Shown here piece after piece: positions 37,141 through 50,100 of a DNA stretch of 64,000 bases. Positions within the stretch are counted from its first letter, which is position 1, and each line of letters begins with the position of its first letter. Source of the stretch: Phoronis australis (taxonomy: Eukaryota > Animalia > Phoronida); NCBI GenBank assembly GCA_002633005.1, contig NMRA01000106.1:601655-665654 (forward strand), written 5' to 3'. The notes under the pieces are model-generated. The model saw nothing but the letters and a program-made list of their open reading frames with translations, was not told the origin of the DNA and made no database searches. The position numbers and the translations under genes are program-made.

Positions 37141-38969
37141 TCACGGCGGGATAGTTTCAGCCGTCAAAGCAGCATGTCTGTGAGGAGAACTTCAAGCAGT
37201 TTATTACAATCAATTTCAGTAAAAACCATGAGCGCTGACGTTGTTCTGGAAGAACCGATACCTTGAAGTTTGTGAACTAAGTTGGTTTTCGGGCAACAGA
37301 ATACAAATTGTAGCGCCTTGAAGAAAATATTAGAATCAAAGAGCTCTTTGCATTTCGCACTTTTTTCAGTGTTTCAGTGGCAAGAATATTCTTGTTTAAA
37401 ACGAATCAGTAGACATTTTGAAGCAGCGCAGTTTTTCAAAATACACAAAATTCAGAAAAGTTCAATTTTAAGCTTGAATAAATATCAAACTATAAACCTG
37501 CCTCACATCAAAAAAACAACTTTTGATTAACTAGATCACTTGTCATTATTGGTGTTATATTGTTTTCTAGTCAAATTAGAGGTCATTTTTGGGCGTAAGA
37601 AGCACTCTGATAGTTCGTAATTGCTCGTTAGCTTTTTTTAAATGTCAGTTCCTTGCAAACTCAAAAATCACTTGCAATCTGAGTGCGGAGCAAGTTTAGA
37701 CTAATATCATAGAGTGAGTGATCTCATTTGAAAGATTCGTTTTTGACAGCGTATGAGTTTATACGTGCCATTTTCTCTTATACAAACGAGTTTTGCACCA
37801 AAAGCGGGTGCTAGGGAGTAAAACAGATACCTAAGATGTTGTGCAACTTTGACGTGCATCAAGGATAGTAATGTAGAAATCTAGGCTCCACGAACACAAT
37901 ATCTAGTAGAAATGAATAAACAAGGAAACTGACCAATCAGCAGACACTTTTTATTTTTTTCATTGCAAAACTAAAATATTAAACGTTATAAATTAAAGTA
38001 TAAATAAGTGAAATACCACTACAACTCTCATCGAACTCGTACGTAAGTTTCGAAGGAAAATCGAAAAGCAAACTTTTACCTAAGAGGAACACAATATTCA
38101 CACCTGAAGAGATAGGGAGTATTATAACGGACATTCAAGCCTTGGGCAGCATTAATACAACAAAACACTCAACATTGCGAGGTAATTGCAGCTACAGAGA
38201 GTATGTAAGCCAAAGCAAAGAAACGTCCATACCTTTAACCCAGTGGTTCAGCAAAATTGATTTATACAATAGAAAGATGTTTCTATCTAGATACAAAATT
38301 TGTGAGATGCATTTAGAAGATGCCTTGACAGCAAACATCTGCCAATATTTCTGCCAAGTACTAACTGCATTAGGTGTTAGAATTACTGAAACAACTGAAA
38401 TATCCATAAAAGAATCAAAACTATGTACTAACATAAATAACTAAAACTGAAACATTGGAAACTATTCATAATGGCGATGAGAAACACTTGCAACATAATT
38501 ATACACACAAAGATAATCAGCCAATCAAATTAATGCCTTCAAGAAACTGAGAATCAAGACCAGTTATAACTTGGATGGCAAAATCAATTTCACCATATTC
38601 CTATAGAAACTTAAGCCAAAAACCAATGAGATTATTAGCACACAGAATTTTCAGTACTCAACTGACGTCATTGCATATTGCACAATCTTCTACATACTAT
38701 CATAAATAAATATGCAAATTTCACCTAATAAACAAACAAAATTACATATTTCTAAGTAATCTCCAAGGTCTACTAACAAGCTCAAAAGGCAGGATTTTCA
38801 ATAAAACTACACCTTGGATGGATTAAAGCAAATGGATTGACAAAAACAAAAATATGACTAGTGTAAACATTGGCGTACAATATATTTACAACAACCACGT
38901 GAAAAATGACTCTGACAAAAGTAGCATTGTACACAGACTACAGGAAGCACTGACAGATACCAATTTTAG

Positions 38970-39039
38970 CAACCAGCTCTAAGCAACCCGCTCTAAGCAA
39001 CGGGCTCTTAGCGACTGGTTTTAAGCAACTGGTCCCTAG
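38970..39039. repeat. Degenerate 14-bp tandem repeat x5 (gcaaccagctctaa)
   Basis: Read directly from the sequence. Confidence 0.8.
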
Positions 39040-39255
39040 AAACAGACCAGTTGCAACTGAAATCACATGCCACAGCAATGGTCTACAGAGAACCACCAAA
39101 TCACATTAAGAGCCAAAAGCAAACATGTTTAAGCAGTTAATGAGAAACTATGGTAATTTTTTGCATATTTTGCATGAAAATAACTGCTGTAATTGTCATT
39201 TTTCTATTTTCCAAAAGGTGGATTACCTTGCTGTGAACAATGGAAACTTTGATGT

Positions 39256-39344
39256 TTTATGACCCCTAGACTGTTCATTTATGACCCCTAGACTGTTCAT
39301 TTATGACCCCCTAGACTGTTCATTTATGACCCCTAGACTGTTCA
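39256..39344. repeat. 22-bp tandem repeat x4 (tttatgacccctagactgttca)
   Basis: Four near-perfect units, one with an extra C. Confidence 0.95.
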
Positions 39345-40659
39345 ATCCATGCCAATAATGGACTACAATTTTCTTAATTTTGATTTTTGTTGAGAAATTT
39401 CATAAGTAATATAACACTAGTCAGCCATATTGTATGCAAAATAGGCGAAGAATTGCAGTAAGCATGGTACTGCATATTGAAAGATGTTTTAGCCTCCAGC
39501 AAAGTTGGGAAATCCTGAGACAGGGGGGATGGGCGATTACCCAACCAGTGGGCGCTTAAACCAAAAATTGGCAAAAGTCGGGGGTGAACAAATACCCAGG
39601 CCCATAAGGATAAGACTAAAAACATATTGATGGTGCAGAGCAGAGCAGACACCTTGAGTCACAAAGTGCACATTAAATGCAGAGAGAATTAACCATCATG
39701 TAATGAGGTAGATAACCACACCAGTTACGTCAGTAGAAACTACAGCTCATCAACATTGGCTCATCAAGGCCACAACAGTGATAACCACATTCTATTCAGC
39801 ATGCCACTGAAAGGGCAATCTGCCTCATCCTTAATTGACTAAATATATCTCAACCCAGCAATCTTAAGTGTATTATTAAGTAATTGTACATTGTAGATGG
39901 ACAGAAGATAGAAATCAACTTGGTAAAGTTCCTTCACAGAATATCACACTATGCTGTAACTGTGAAACATTCTTTTGACAAAATAAATTTATATTTGAAT
40001 TGAATTTTCACAAAATTTGTATTGTACAATACAGCGGTCATCAATCAACACCTGAAAAATTCTGAGAGTTTTTAGTAATACAGTGAGCTTTTTAAAAATT
40101 TAAGAAATTTTCTATTTATTCTGTTCTTTTTGCAAACACCTGAAGAAACATTACCGTACTCCATTCGTGCTCGCCCAGTGACAGTAAAACCTCGGAATCT
40201 TGCCTTTTTCAACAAAATTTCACACAACATTGCAATCAGATACATTAGATATAACATCAATTTGACAAAGAGAAAACTAGACATCTTTCACATTGCTATA
40301 CTGTTCCAACTTAACTTTACACTTAGATTTAACATGACATCGAGTAGCAGCGTACCTACGAGCAGCACATTACTTTGTACACATACTGTCTCAGACAACT
40401 CACATTCTTGCTCACCATATTTATCACAACCCGTTGCTTAGCCACATAAATCCCAAAGTTCTTCAAAATCTACTGTCTTACCTCAATCAGGTCACTTCAC
40501 CCCTCTTTTTAAACCAGCCCACAAAACTGACATAGTATAAGCAAGGCGCTTTACATCAGTGTAACACAAAAGTGTTTCAAACGCATCCTTATGTATCACC
40601 TTGCTTTTCCACCACTGTATCAGTCTCGTTAGTAGGTGGATACCTTTACAAAAATTGTC

Positions 40660-41143
40660 TCAAGTGCATGACTTGGACATTGGGTGATCATCCGGTATCT
40701 CAATTTCGCTCGTCGATGTCATGAATCCCATTGCACCTGTCTCACTACAAGGTGATTGGCTGCGTTGTTTCAACGATCTCTCATTATCATTATCATCGAC
40801 CTCAACCAAGTGTGAGCCTGACTTCCTCTTGGCTTTCTTATCGCTCAAATGCGACCACGACCGCCTCATAACTGACGACTTATTTGTTGGCGACTTCGGC
40901 GAACGATCCCAGTCGGAGCCGGATGGTGATTGGCTGAAGGGAGAACGCACACGCCGGACAACAGTGGGAGAGCCGGGACTGCCAGGGGGCGAACGACTGA
41001 CTTGACGGCGGAAGGACTCGGGCACCTCAGGCTCAAACTGCAGCTTATACTGCAGTTCCTCATTATCCATGGATAATCGCTTGTTGGCTTTACTTTCTCT
41101 GTCATACTTCCTCAGTAGCATCTGATGTTTTTCTGACAGTTGT
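40660..41143 (-). CDS. MTUS1: MTUS-family gene, terminal exon
   Basis: Acceptor tttgcag|A (phase 2). KRLSMDNEELQYKL followed by an SP-rich tail; stop TGA at 40662-40660. Confidence 0.9.
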
Positions 41144-44100
41144 CTGCAAAACAGGAATCAATTCGTATGAAACTGATGCAGTGGTAAAAATTAACAAAGA
41201 AAATGAAAAGGTGAGAGGCTTTTTCGTGTACTAAAATATTAAATAACATATGTTTATTTTTGTAATTTCTTTAATAGTAATATAGAAAAAATTACACCAA
41301 TTTTATCCAACAGGACTGAGCTACTTTGTCTGAGGAGAATGTTAAAGCTAACAGTGCGATAGTCACAAAACATACAGAGAATGCAGACAGCATTTCTAAC
41401 TAATGTCTGGACCACTTAAAGCACTTTGCTGAACTAATTTTCAGTTAAAACTGGGGAAAATGGTTGCAAAAATTCAATAATCTTTCCCTCGACATTCCTT
41501 CTATGACTACATTTTGACAACTAAAATCCACATCAAGTTACTGAAGTGAAAAGCACTTGACTATCTTCTCATTCAACACCTACTTCTCATAATCTCCCCT
41601 GATATCCAATATGGCTTCCAGATTCTCAATCTTCTGTTGCTGGCTGGTTATTTTATCTCTGGCAAATGGCAACTCTTCAAGCTTCAAGCAGAAAAAACAA
41701 ATATCCAACTTTAACATGTATCAAAATTTGAACATAGTGGCAGCTAAAGTTTCCTCTACCTAAGTTCACAGCATCTCTCTTTGTAAAAACAACATTAGTA
41801 ACTGTGCTAGGATGTGAACCATGCCTAAATTATTTCAATTTCATTTTTCTCTTATGGAAACATTCATTAAAAAATCTGACATATTTTGTTAGAAAATTTG
41901 CCGAAAATAAATTTCTTTGTTCAGACATTATATTAAATTCCAAATTCAAGAAGCTTTACTGTAGTTTCGATTGATCTGTTAATAAACTTTGTACAATAAC
42001 GCCATGTAGAAAACAAAAGCTGAATCTCACTCACCTGTCTCGCCTGTTCCGAGTTCTCTCGCCTAAGTTCTCGTATCTCCTCATTTCTCATGTCGAGGAC
42101 CAGCTTCAGACTGTCAATCTCCTGGGGCAGGTCCTTGTAGGGACGCAGCGCCACCTGCACCTTGTGGTCAGTATCACGTTCTAACGCCTCCTGGTAGTAC
42201 TTGGCCCGGGCGCGCAGATCATCACACTCCATACGCAAAGAGTCTAGTTTGTGCTAGAATGTTTAAAGAGAGATACTATTATCAAAATATTAAATAATAA
42301 CTGAAAATCCTGTTAATTGAAATAAATCAAGTGGGCATGACACAGGCTTACAAACTGAAATTTATTTATTAAAATCAACAGTAAAAACAATTTTTTAAAT
42401 CAGTTTTTAAAAGCGTTTCTCAAATGATTTCTTTGTGAGCTTGCAAATCTTTCAATAAAAGGCTGTGATGACAATTTGATTAAGAAGTTAATATTGAAAT
42501 GTTCGAATGAGCAAGAGCGATTAGCTATTAAAATTAATCTTAGTTGGCAGTCTAACAATTTTTGGCTATGTATTATTACAGAAAATGATGAAATAACCTA
42601 AATTTAAGACAGTGGTAACTAGCAAACTGAGTTTACAAGTGAATGAAATACCCCTAACAATGGTGACAATCCTCTAATTTAAAGGCAATGTGCAGCACCA
42701 TCATCTCAAATGGCAAATTTAGAGATTTTTCACGCAAAATTTAGTGTTACACTATGGGCCGAGCATGTTCCATATAACTATTATCTTGGATACTCTCTCA
42801 GCTGCAAACTATATATTTCTGGTTTCAAGTCAGACATTTTTTGACTTCAACATGTCGCTGAATTAGACTTTGCATGCCAAAAGCTCGTTTTCAAACTGAA
42901 AGTCATACAGAAGTGATGAAGTAACTTACAGACAGAGACACTTTAATCTCTTCAAATCTCATCGTAATCTCCATCAGCTTCTCACTGTGCTGTTGCTGAA
43001 TATCTAGAAATGAAAACACAACTCATGTTATGTTGGTCAGCACACATCATATAAACATGGCTGCTGCTACAGTTAAGAGCTTGTATTAATCACTGAAACT
43101 TCACGTGAAACTTCACGTGAAACTTCACTGACATAAAGATTACACATATTATTAAATAATTGCATTTGAATGTATAATATATTACAAAAATAATTTCCAA
43201 AACTATTATTTTCCCATTTTCCAAATGCTGATTACTTTGCTACAAACTGTGGAAACTTTACCAAATGTTGTTTTGTGATACCTCCAAAGTACAAACCAGG
43301 CTAGAAACAGACTGAAGTTTTCTTAATCTTCACGTGCATGAAGAAAATTGTCAAAATATGTAATGCGTGCTGAATACTGTATGAGTTCAACGCAAAAATC
43401 GCACAGTTTTACATGATACGCAGCCAACACATAACGCCCAAGACAAAAAAAGAAACATCAAGAATCCACATCCCTTGCACATGATGAATTAGATCAATTA
43501 GTGCAAGTCAGTTAGATCCACTGGGAATTTCTCCATCAATAATCAGTAGGAACAGCTAGTCGTTCAGCAGTTTCCAAGCGCCAGTAACTGCTCATGGCAA
43601 ATTTGGGGATGTTTTCGTGACAAAATCCATTTTAGAGCCAAACAATGCATTTTTGTGATTATTGATGGGTAATTTTAAGAATATGATTTTCAGCGTTTCA
43701 ACTTTGTGAGAAGTAATTACATGCAGGATGAGCTAATGGGATTCATTACAGAAATGTAATTGATTGATTGACAGGAAAAAATCTTGAAGTAATTAACTTT
43801 GCCCAGAGCTATAAAGCAGCAATATCCAATGTTTTTTAACTTGTGTATTAATTTCCATTCACTAAAATTGAGGCCATTCACTTTATCAATTAAATAAATT
43901 ATGCTTAAAATACTCAGCTGCTTGCCACTGTAGGTTCTAGTCCTACTAGCAGAGTATCAACCAAAATGAGGTTGTAACTTTGAATCCCTCACCAGGTTGA
44001 TCTCTCAAAAAGCACAAATTGTAAAAGATAATGTCACTTTAAATTCATCAATATCAGAATTGAATAGGCTGTACACCGACAACCTCAAGGTAGGGCTTTT

Positions 44101-47100
44101 CAGTTCCAAAAGGGATCTTTATTTAATATCATCACAAACCGAAGATGGTAGATCATACATCTCAGAGTTGACAAAATTACACCAACACAAAAATTCAGGT
44201 TTGCGCCCAGAGCACTCCGGAGGGGGGGGGGCTCAACCACATTGCTGCAGTTGAGGAACTTAAAATGCCCCTTGTGTTTGTCTATTGCCAGACCACTCTT
44301 GGGTGATTCCTGAACCTGAGTACGCATTGCCATTGTGTCCCATTCACATTCCTCCAAAAATAATCACTTCAGTTCTGAATTAATGAAACACTGAACACAG
44401 TAACAGTTTGAGCACGTCATAACAAAATCCTGCAATCTGCCTTGACGTAAACAAAACCCAACAGAATAAGATCACCCTCTGTGTACGACGCACCTTCGAC
44501 CATTCGCGAATTTTCTTTTTGTATCCTGGCCAGTTCTTCTTCATGTTTTTTCTTTAACTCATCAACTTTAGCCTGACATTCCGTCTGTGCTTCAGCAATC
44601 TAAAATAATTGGAAATTTCACATTATCTGAGTATCTACTGGTTATTGTACCCTTTTGAAGGAATTGTTGATGGAAAGCCTGATAAAATTTAATATCTTCC
44701 TTAGTTAAAAATCATTTTATGTCAGGAGTCAATGCCAAATAACCAAGATCACGAGTGATATAACAACAAAAATGATGATAAAATACGATATTCTCATGCA
44801 CACAAGGTGAAAATAACAATTATACTACATTGGCTTGCCTAAACGCCAAGGAAATTAAACCAAGAAGCATAGCGCCACCTCTTAAAAGTGAAATTATTTA
44901 CGATTCTGGGTTGGGTGTTTACAGCGTCTGTTTGAGTTAATGCTTATGTGCAGCCGTTCTAACAGTTGTCAATCCCCACCCTTGTCCGATGGAAGCTACA
45001 GCATATAACTTGAAAATGATAAAGCAAAAGAAAATTGATGAGAATTTATCGTACACGTGAAAGAAGACTACATAACGGCTTCTACTTCTCAATCTAAGTT
45101 GAAATCTCTATTAGAAACCTCAGCGTCCTATACAATGTTCAATACGGTGAACTTAGTGATGCAATACTCACATGTCGTTCATGGTAGTTCTTCAACGTAG
45201 TCACTTCATGTGAGTGTTGGTCAATCACTCGTTGTACCTCCGTCTCCTTCTCTTCGCCCAGTCGCACTTCCAGCTGTTCCACATTCTGACGATGGTCATC
45301 TGCCAACGTGTCAACATACTTCCTATGACTCACGTGTAGTTCTTCTACTTCCGCTCCCAGCTGTTGTCGCTCCTTTTTGGCAATGTCTGAAAACAAAATT
45401 AGGGTTTTAGGATACGACTAATCGACTCTGGCACCATGTATGCACATAGTAAATATCCTAAAAACGTCATGCATGGTCACATCATGTGACCTACGTCAGT
45501 GGACTAGAGCATCTGTACAGACTGCAAAAAGTCCTGGGTTCGAGACCCAGTCAGAACAGAAATCTTTGCAATTACTAGGTCACATGATGTGACCATGTGG
45601 GGTACATGCTCCATGCATACAGTTTGTGACGTAAGCAGGATACAGAAGCCTTAATATAGAACATGATTTGGCAGATATTTTGGGAAATTTTTCAACAAAG
45701 ATGTGTACAAGGAAGAAACATTTACTTCGGTTTTAACACCTTTTGCTCAACACTTGTCAAAAATGTAAGGATTTTTAGACATGCGATAATCATCCGGAAA
45801 TATAAAGGTGACAATTTTAGCAATTGTTTATGTTTGAATTAAATGAAAATCTAAAGCAATTCAAATTCAAAGTTGACTCAAGGATTGCAGTTAGTTCTTG
45901 GAGGTGCATAAAATGTCTTTTTATAGGAAAGAATAAAAATTGCAATGCACAAATTAATCAGTTATGGCTCCATTTCTAGGTTATTCATGAAAATAATTTG
46001 ACTTAGTCATTTACGTTTCTCTAATGTTTACTTAAAGCTACAGTTGGCATAGTGACCAACAAGTCAAGCCACAGTTGACATAGTGACCAACAAGTAACAA
46101 TTGCCAAATTCAAGCTACGTTAGACTCGATCACTTCAAAATGACAAATCCTGCCTCAGTACCAACCATTAAACTGATCACTAAGTTTAGTGATGTTATTG
46201 ACTAAAAGGGCATGTTTTGGAACTCATAGAGTTTAAAAACATCTAAAATGAAGCAATTTTTAAAGAACAAACTTTGATTGCTTTCATTTTATTTTTGGTT
46301 CATTAACTATGATCTGACAACCACAACAGAATGAGTGAATTACTTAAATCTCCAATTTCAAGATGCTACGGTATAATCTCAACAAATTCAGACAAAAAAT
46401 AATTACCAAAAATGCCCTTACTTCATTTTTCAAGGACTTCTGACCTTGTTGTGAATACCCACAAATTTTCAAAACTTTGATGGTGGTTGTGGTACAAAAC
46501 CTAAACATGGAAAATCATTTAATTTGGTACTACGTATCTTTATTGGAAATGTGACGACAAAAAATTAACTCCTCCGCCATATTGTGTCCTAAATTGGTGA
46601 GATTTTAACGTAGGCAATCTTATGACTGCATAATGTTTCTTCTGCATCGGTATCAATCTTTCTTTTATGAATATTAGGCATCAAACTGGTTCTCAAAATG
46701 TGGGCACATTGTAACCGACTATTACCAGGATATTGACCTCATGATTCAACATGCAGTGTACAACAGCTATATTATGGAGCGTAAATGTGACAACCATCAA
46801 CCTTATCATCATATTTTCTTCAAATGTGCTGTCATCGAATGCCAGAGCAACTCACTCCTTCATGCACAAAATGGAAACCAATTGATTGAAAATGCTCTCA
46901 ATTCTTGTAATAATATTTCTACTTACATTACTATTAACTGATAGTCTAAACTTCGACCTTTTTCTCAATGAATTCCTCTTAAGTACTGTTAGTAAATTTT
47001 TATGCATCGCTAATAAATCTTGTTGCTTCTGATCTCCATAACTGTATAATCCCTGTTTTTCTTTTTTTAAATATTTTTGTAAAAGCATATCTGACTATTA

Positions 47101-50100
47101 GAATACTTATATTAGATACTACTTTTTAATACATAGTTCTATGTATATTACTTTCATCTATGTACTGTCTACAATCCAGATATAATGCTTCGCGATTTCT
47201 GGGTTTGTCATTATTTTGCTTGTTTGTTCTGTGTATTCTTCAATAAATATATATCACTGAAAAAAAATTTTTTTCATCCGTTCTATTTTGATTCACAAAA
47301 AAGAAATATAAATATTAATAGAATACTCAAGTGTGATGAAAATGTACTATTAATGACCCATTTCAGACATAAGGACAACACCGTTGGTTAATATTTTATT
47401 TGGCCTAGGATCGCCAGTTCAAGTCCCATTTGGACAGGAAATCTCATGGGGCTAATAAGACAGACTCATTAGTTAGACAGACTGTCAACAGATGTCATGG
47501 TGAAACCAGAAACTATTTTCTATAAAGACTTCACTTCCACACAATTTCTTAGGCTGTATATTGACCACTTGGTGATTCTAATCCACCTGTTTAGCAATTT
47601 AAAATTCTGCTGACAACAAGACATTATCAACCTTAGCAAAGTTTGCAAATTTTGTAAGAAGCCTAATGACCAATCTGTTACCAAATAACATTCGTTAGTA
47701 ATTAAAAGAAGAAGCATCTTAGGCGTCTTCAGCACATCAGAATACATTAACATCAGCTGAATAAATATGCCACAGTCTGTTCTTCAAACCAAGCCTGATT
47801 ATAACTTAACCCATTCCTCTGTTTCTCTCTAGAAAGGGAGCAATAGCACAGAGAACCCTGTTCTTCATTGTGGTTGTTGGCAACCAACTGGTGTTCTTCT
47901 GCCCCACTACAGATCTGCTTGCAATCAATTATGCACACAATACTTTACCAAGACAACAGACTCCCCTGAGAGTTATAGTTATCTGTTCTCAAAATAGGGG
48001 GGTGTCATCACTTCCATGGCCATACCTAATGAATAGTGTGGGTATGGTAACGGGTCGCGACCTGATACTGTACTGGAGAGTTGACTCCTCACAAATGGAA
48101 TATTGTTAGGAATAAAATGACCACACTGTTGTAAAACTGTTGTAACTTGTTTGGTCATTTTCAAGAGATGGTCTCACAATAAGATAATCCTTTTTATTTG
48201 AAGCGAAGACTATGTCAATAAGAACGTCATTTTACTTTTAGTCAAATGATTTTATTTGTTAATAGAAATTACAAAATAATAATAGTTGGATTAGCAAAAA
48301 ACTGAATTTGGATGGTGTGTGGTACTTACATGACTTTTTTCGCAAAAACTTATCACTCGAAAAATCATCTTTGAGGATCATTTTAGAGGGGTCCGAGATG
48401 TGAAAAACTAAGAACCAATGAAATGTGAAGACAACAAAAGAATACACTTTAGTAAAAATGCCGTTTGGGTATAATAACACTAATAGCAATACCGTTTGGG
48501 TAACACTAATGAACTCACCTTGTGACAAGAATATGTTGCCTGACCTTGAAAACTTAAGTTTCCCAACAGAACTCATTTCTCCATCCTACCAGCAGGAACT
48601 AACATAGAGTCATTACATACTAATATCCCACTAAACCCACTTTTCATGCAGTATGCAGCCTTGTCGTTTCATCCCGGCACGTAGTCCATCCTCAGGTGAA
48701 TTCCACCTTCTGCCATACAATTCTGCAGCTAGTTGACCAAGTTACCACAGTAGACCGGGATCCCAGAGCTTTTTTGGGCATGAAAAGGTAACCAATTTTC
48801 TTTGGTGCCACAGTGCTCTGTGGGTATCCTGATGCTTGGAAATGGCCGTCTGGCAGGTTCGCTCTGGTGGGTGTGGTCAGGGGAGCCAAGAGAATTACAC
48901 TCGAAAATTGAGCTAGATCAACTTTTCTGGTAACCACTTCAAACTGCCTTGGATACCTACTACGTAATCCACTGTATCAAAATTGGCCTCTGACAGACAA
49001 TTTCAGTGGTGGGGAGTACCCGCCAGACGAACATATACAGGGTACAAAAATTGAGCTAGATCAATCCAAGAGGTAACCGCTTGAAACCAGTCGCAAAATT
49101 TTCACCATAAGCACAGGTATCACGAATGAACACTGCCAGACAAATCTAGTGGTGGGTTACCCCCGCCAGACACGCCCAAATACCAGAATTGAGCTAGATC
49201 AATCCATCAGGTAACCGCTTGAAACCAATTGCACGATGTTCAGCATCACTNATGTAATGAATAGTGTCGGTATGGTAACGGGTCGCGACCTGATACTGTA
49301 CTGGAGAGTTGACTCCTCACAAATGGAATATTGTTAAGAATAAAATGACCATACTGTTGTAAAACTGTTGTAACTTGTTTGGTCATTTTCAAGAGATGGT
49401 CTCACAATAAGATAATCCTTTTTATTCGAAGCGAAGACTATGTCAATAAGAACGTCATTTTACTTTTAGATGATTTTATTTGTTAATAGACACAAGAAAT
49501 TGATTATAAAATAATAATAGTTGGATTAGCAAAAAACTGAACTTGGATGGTGTGTGGTACTTGCATGACTTTTTTCGCAAAAACTTGTCCGTCGAAAAAT
49601 CATCTTTGAGGATCATTTTAGAGGGGTCTGAGATGTGAAAAACTAAGAAACAATGAAATGTGAAGACAACAAAAGAATACACTTTAGTAATGCCATTTGG
49701 GTAACACTAATAGCAATACCGTTTGGGTAACACTAATGAACTCACCTTGTGACAAGAATATGTTGCCTGACCTTGAAAACTTAAGTTTCCCAACAGAACT
49801 CATTTCTCCATCCTACCAGCAGTAACTAACATAGAGTCATTACATAATAATATCCCACTAAACCCACTTTGTTATGCAGTATGCAGCCTTGTCGTTTCAT
49901 CCCGGCACGTAGTCCATCCTCAGGTGAATTCCACCTTCTGCCATACAATTCTGCAGCTAGTTGGCCAAGTTACCACAGGTACAGTCTATTCTAGATGCCT
50001 AACCAATCCACAGATACATACCCACATACCAATACATCTCCATCTGATGCAGATATGTACAGGGTGGGTCAAAATGCAGCTGAACAATTAACTATACTGA

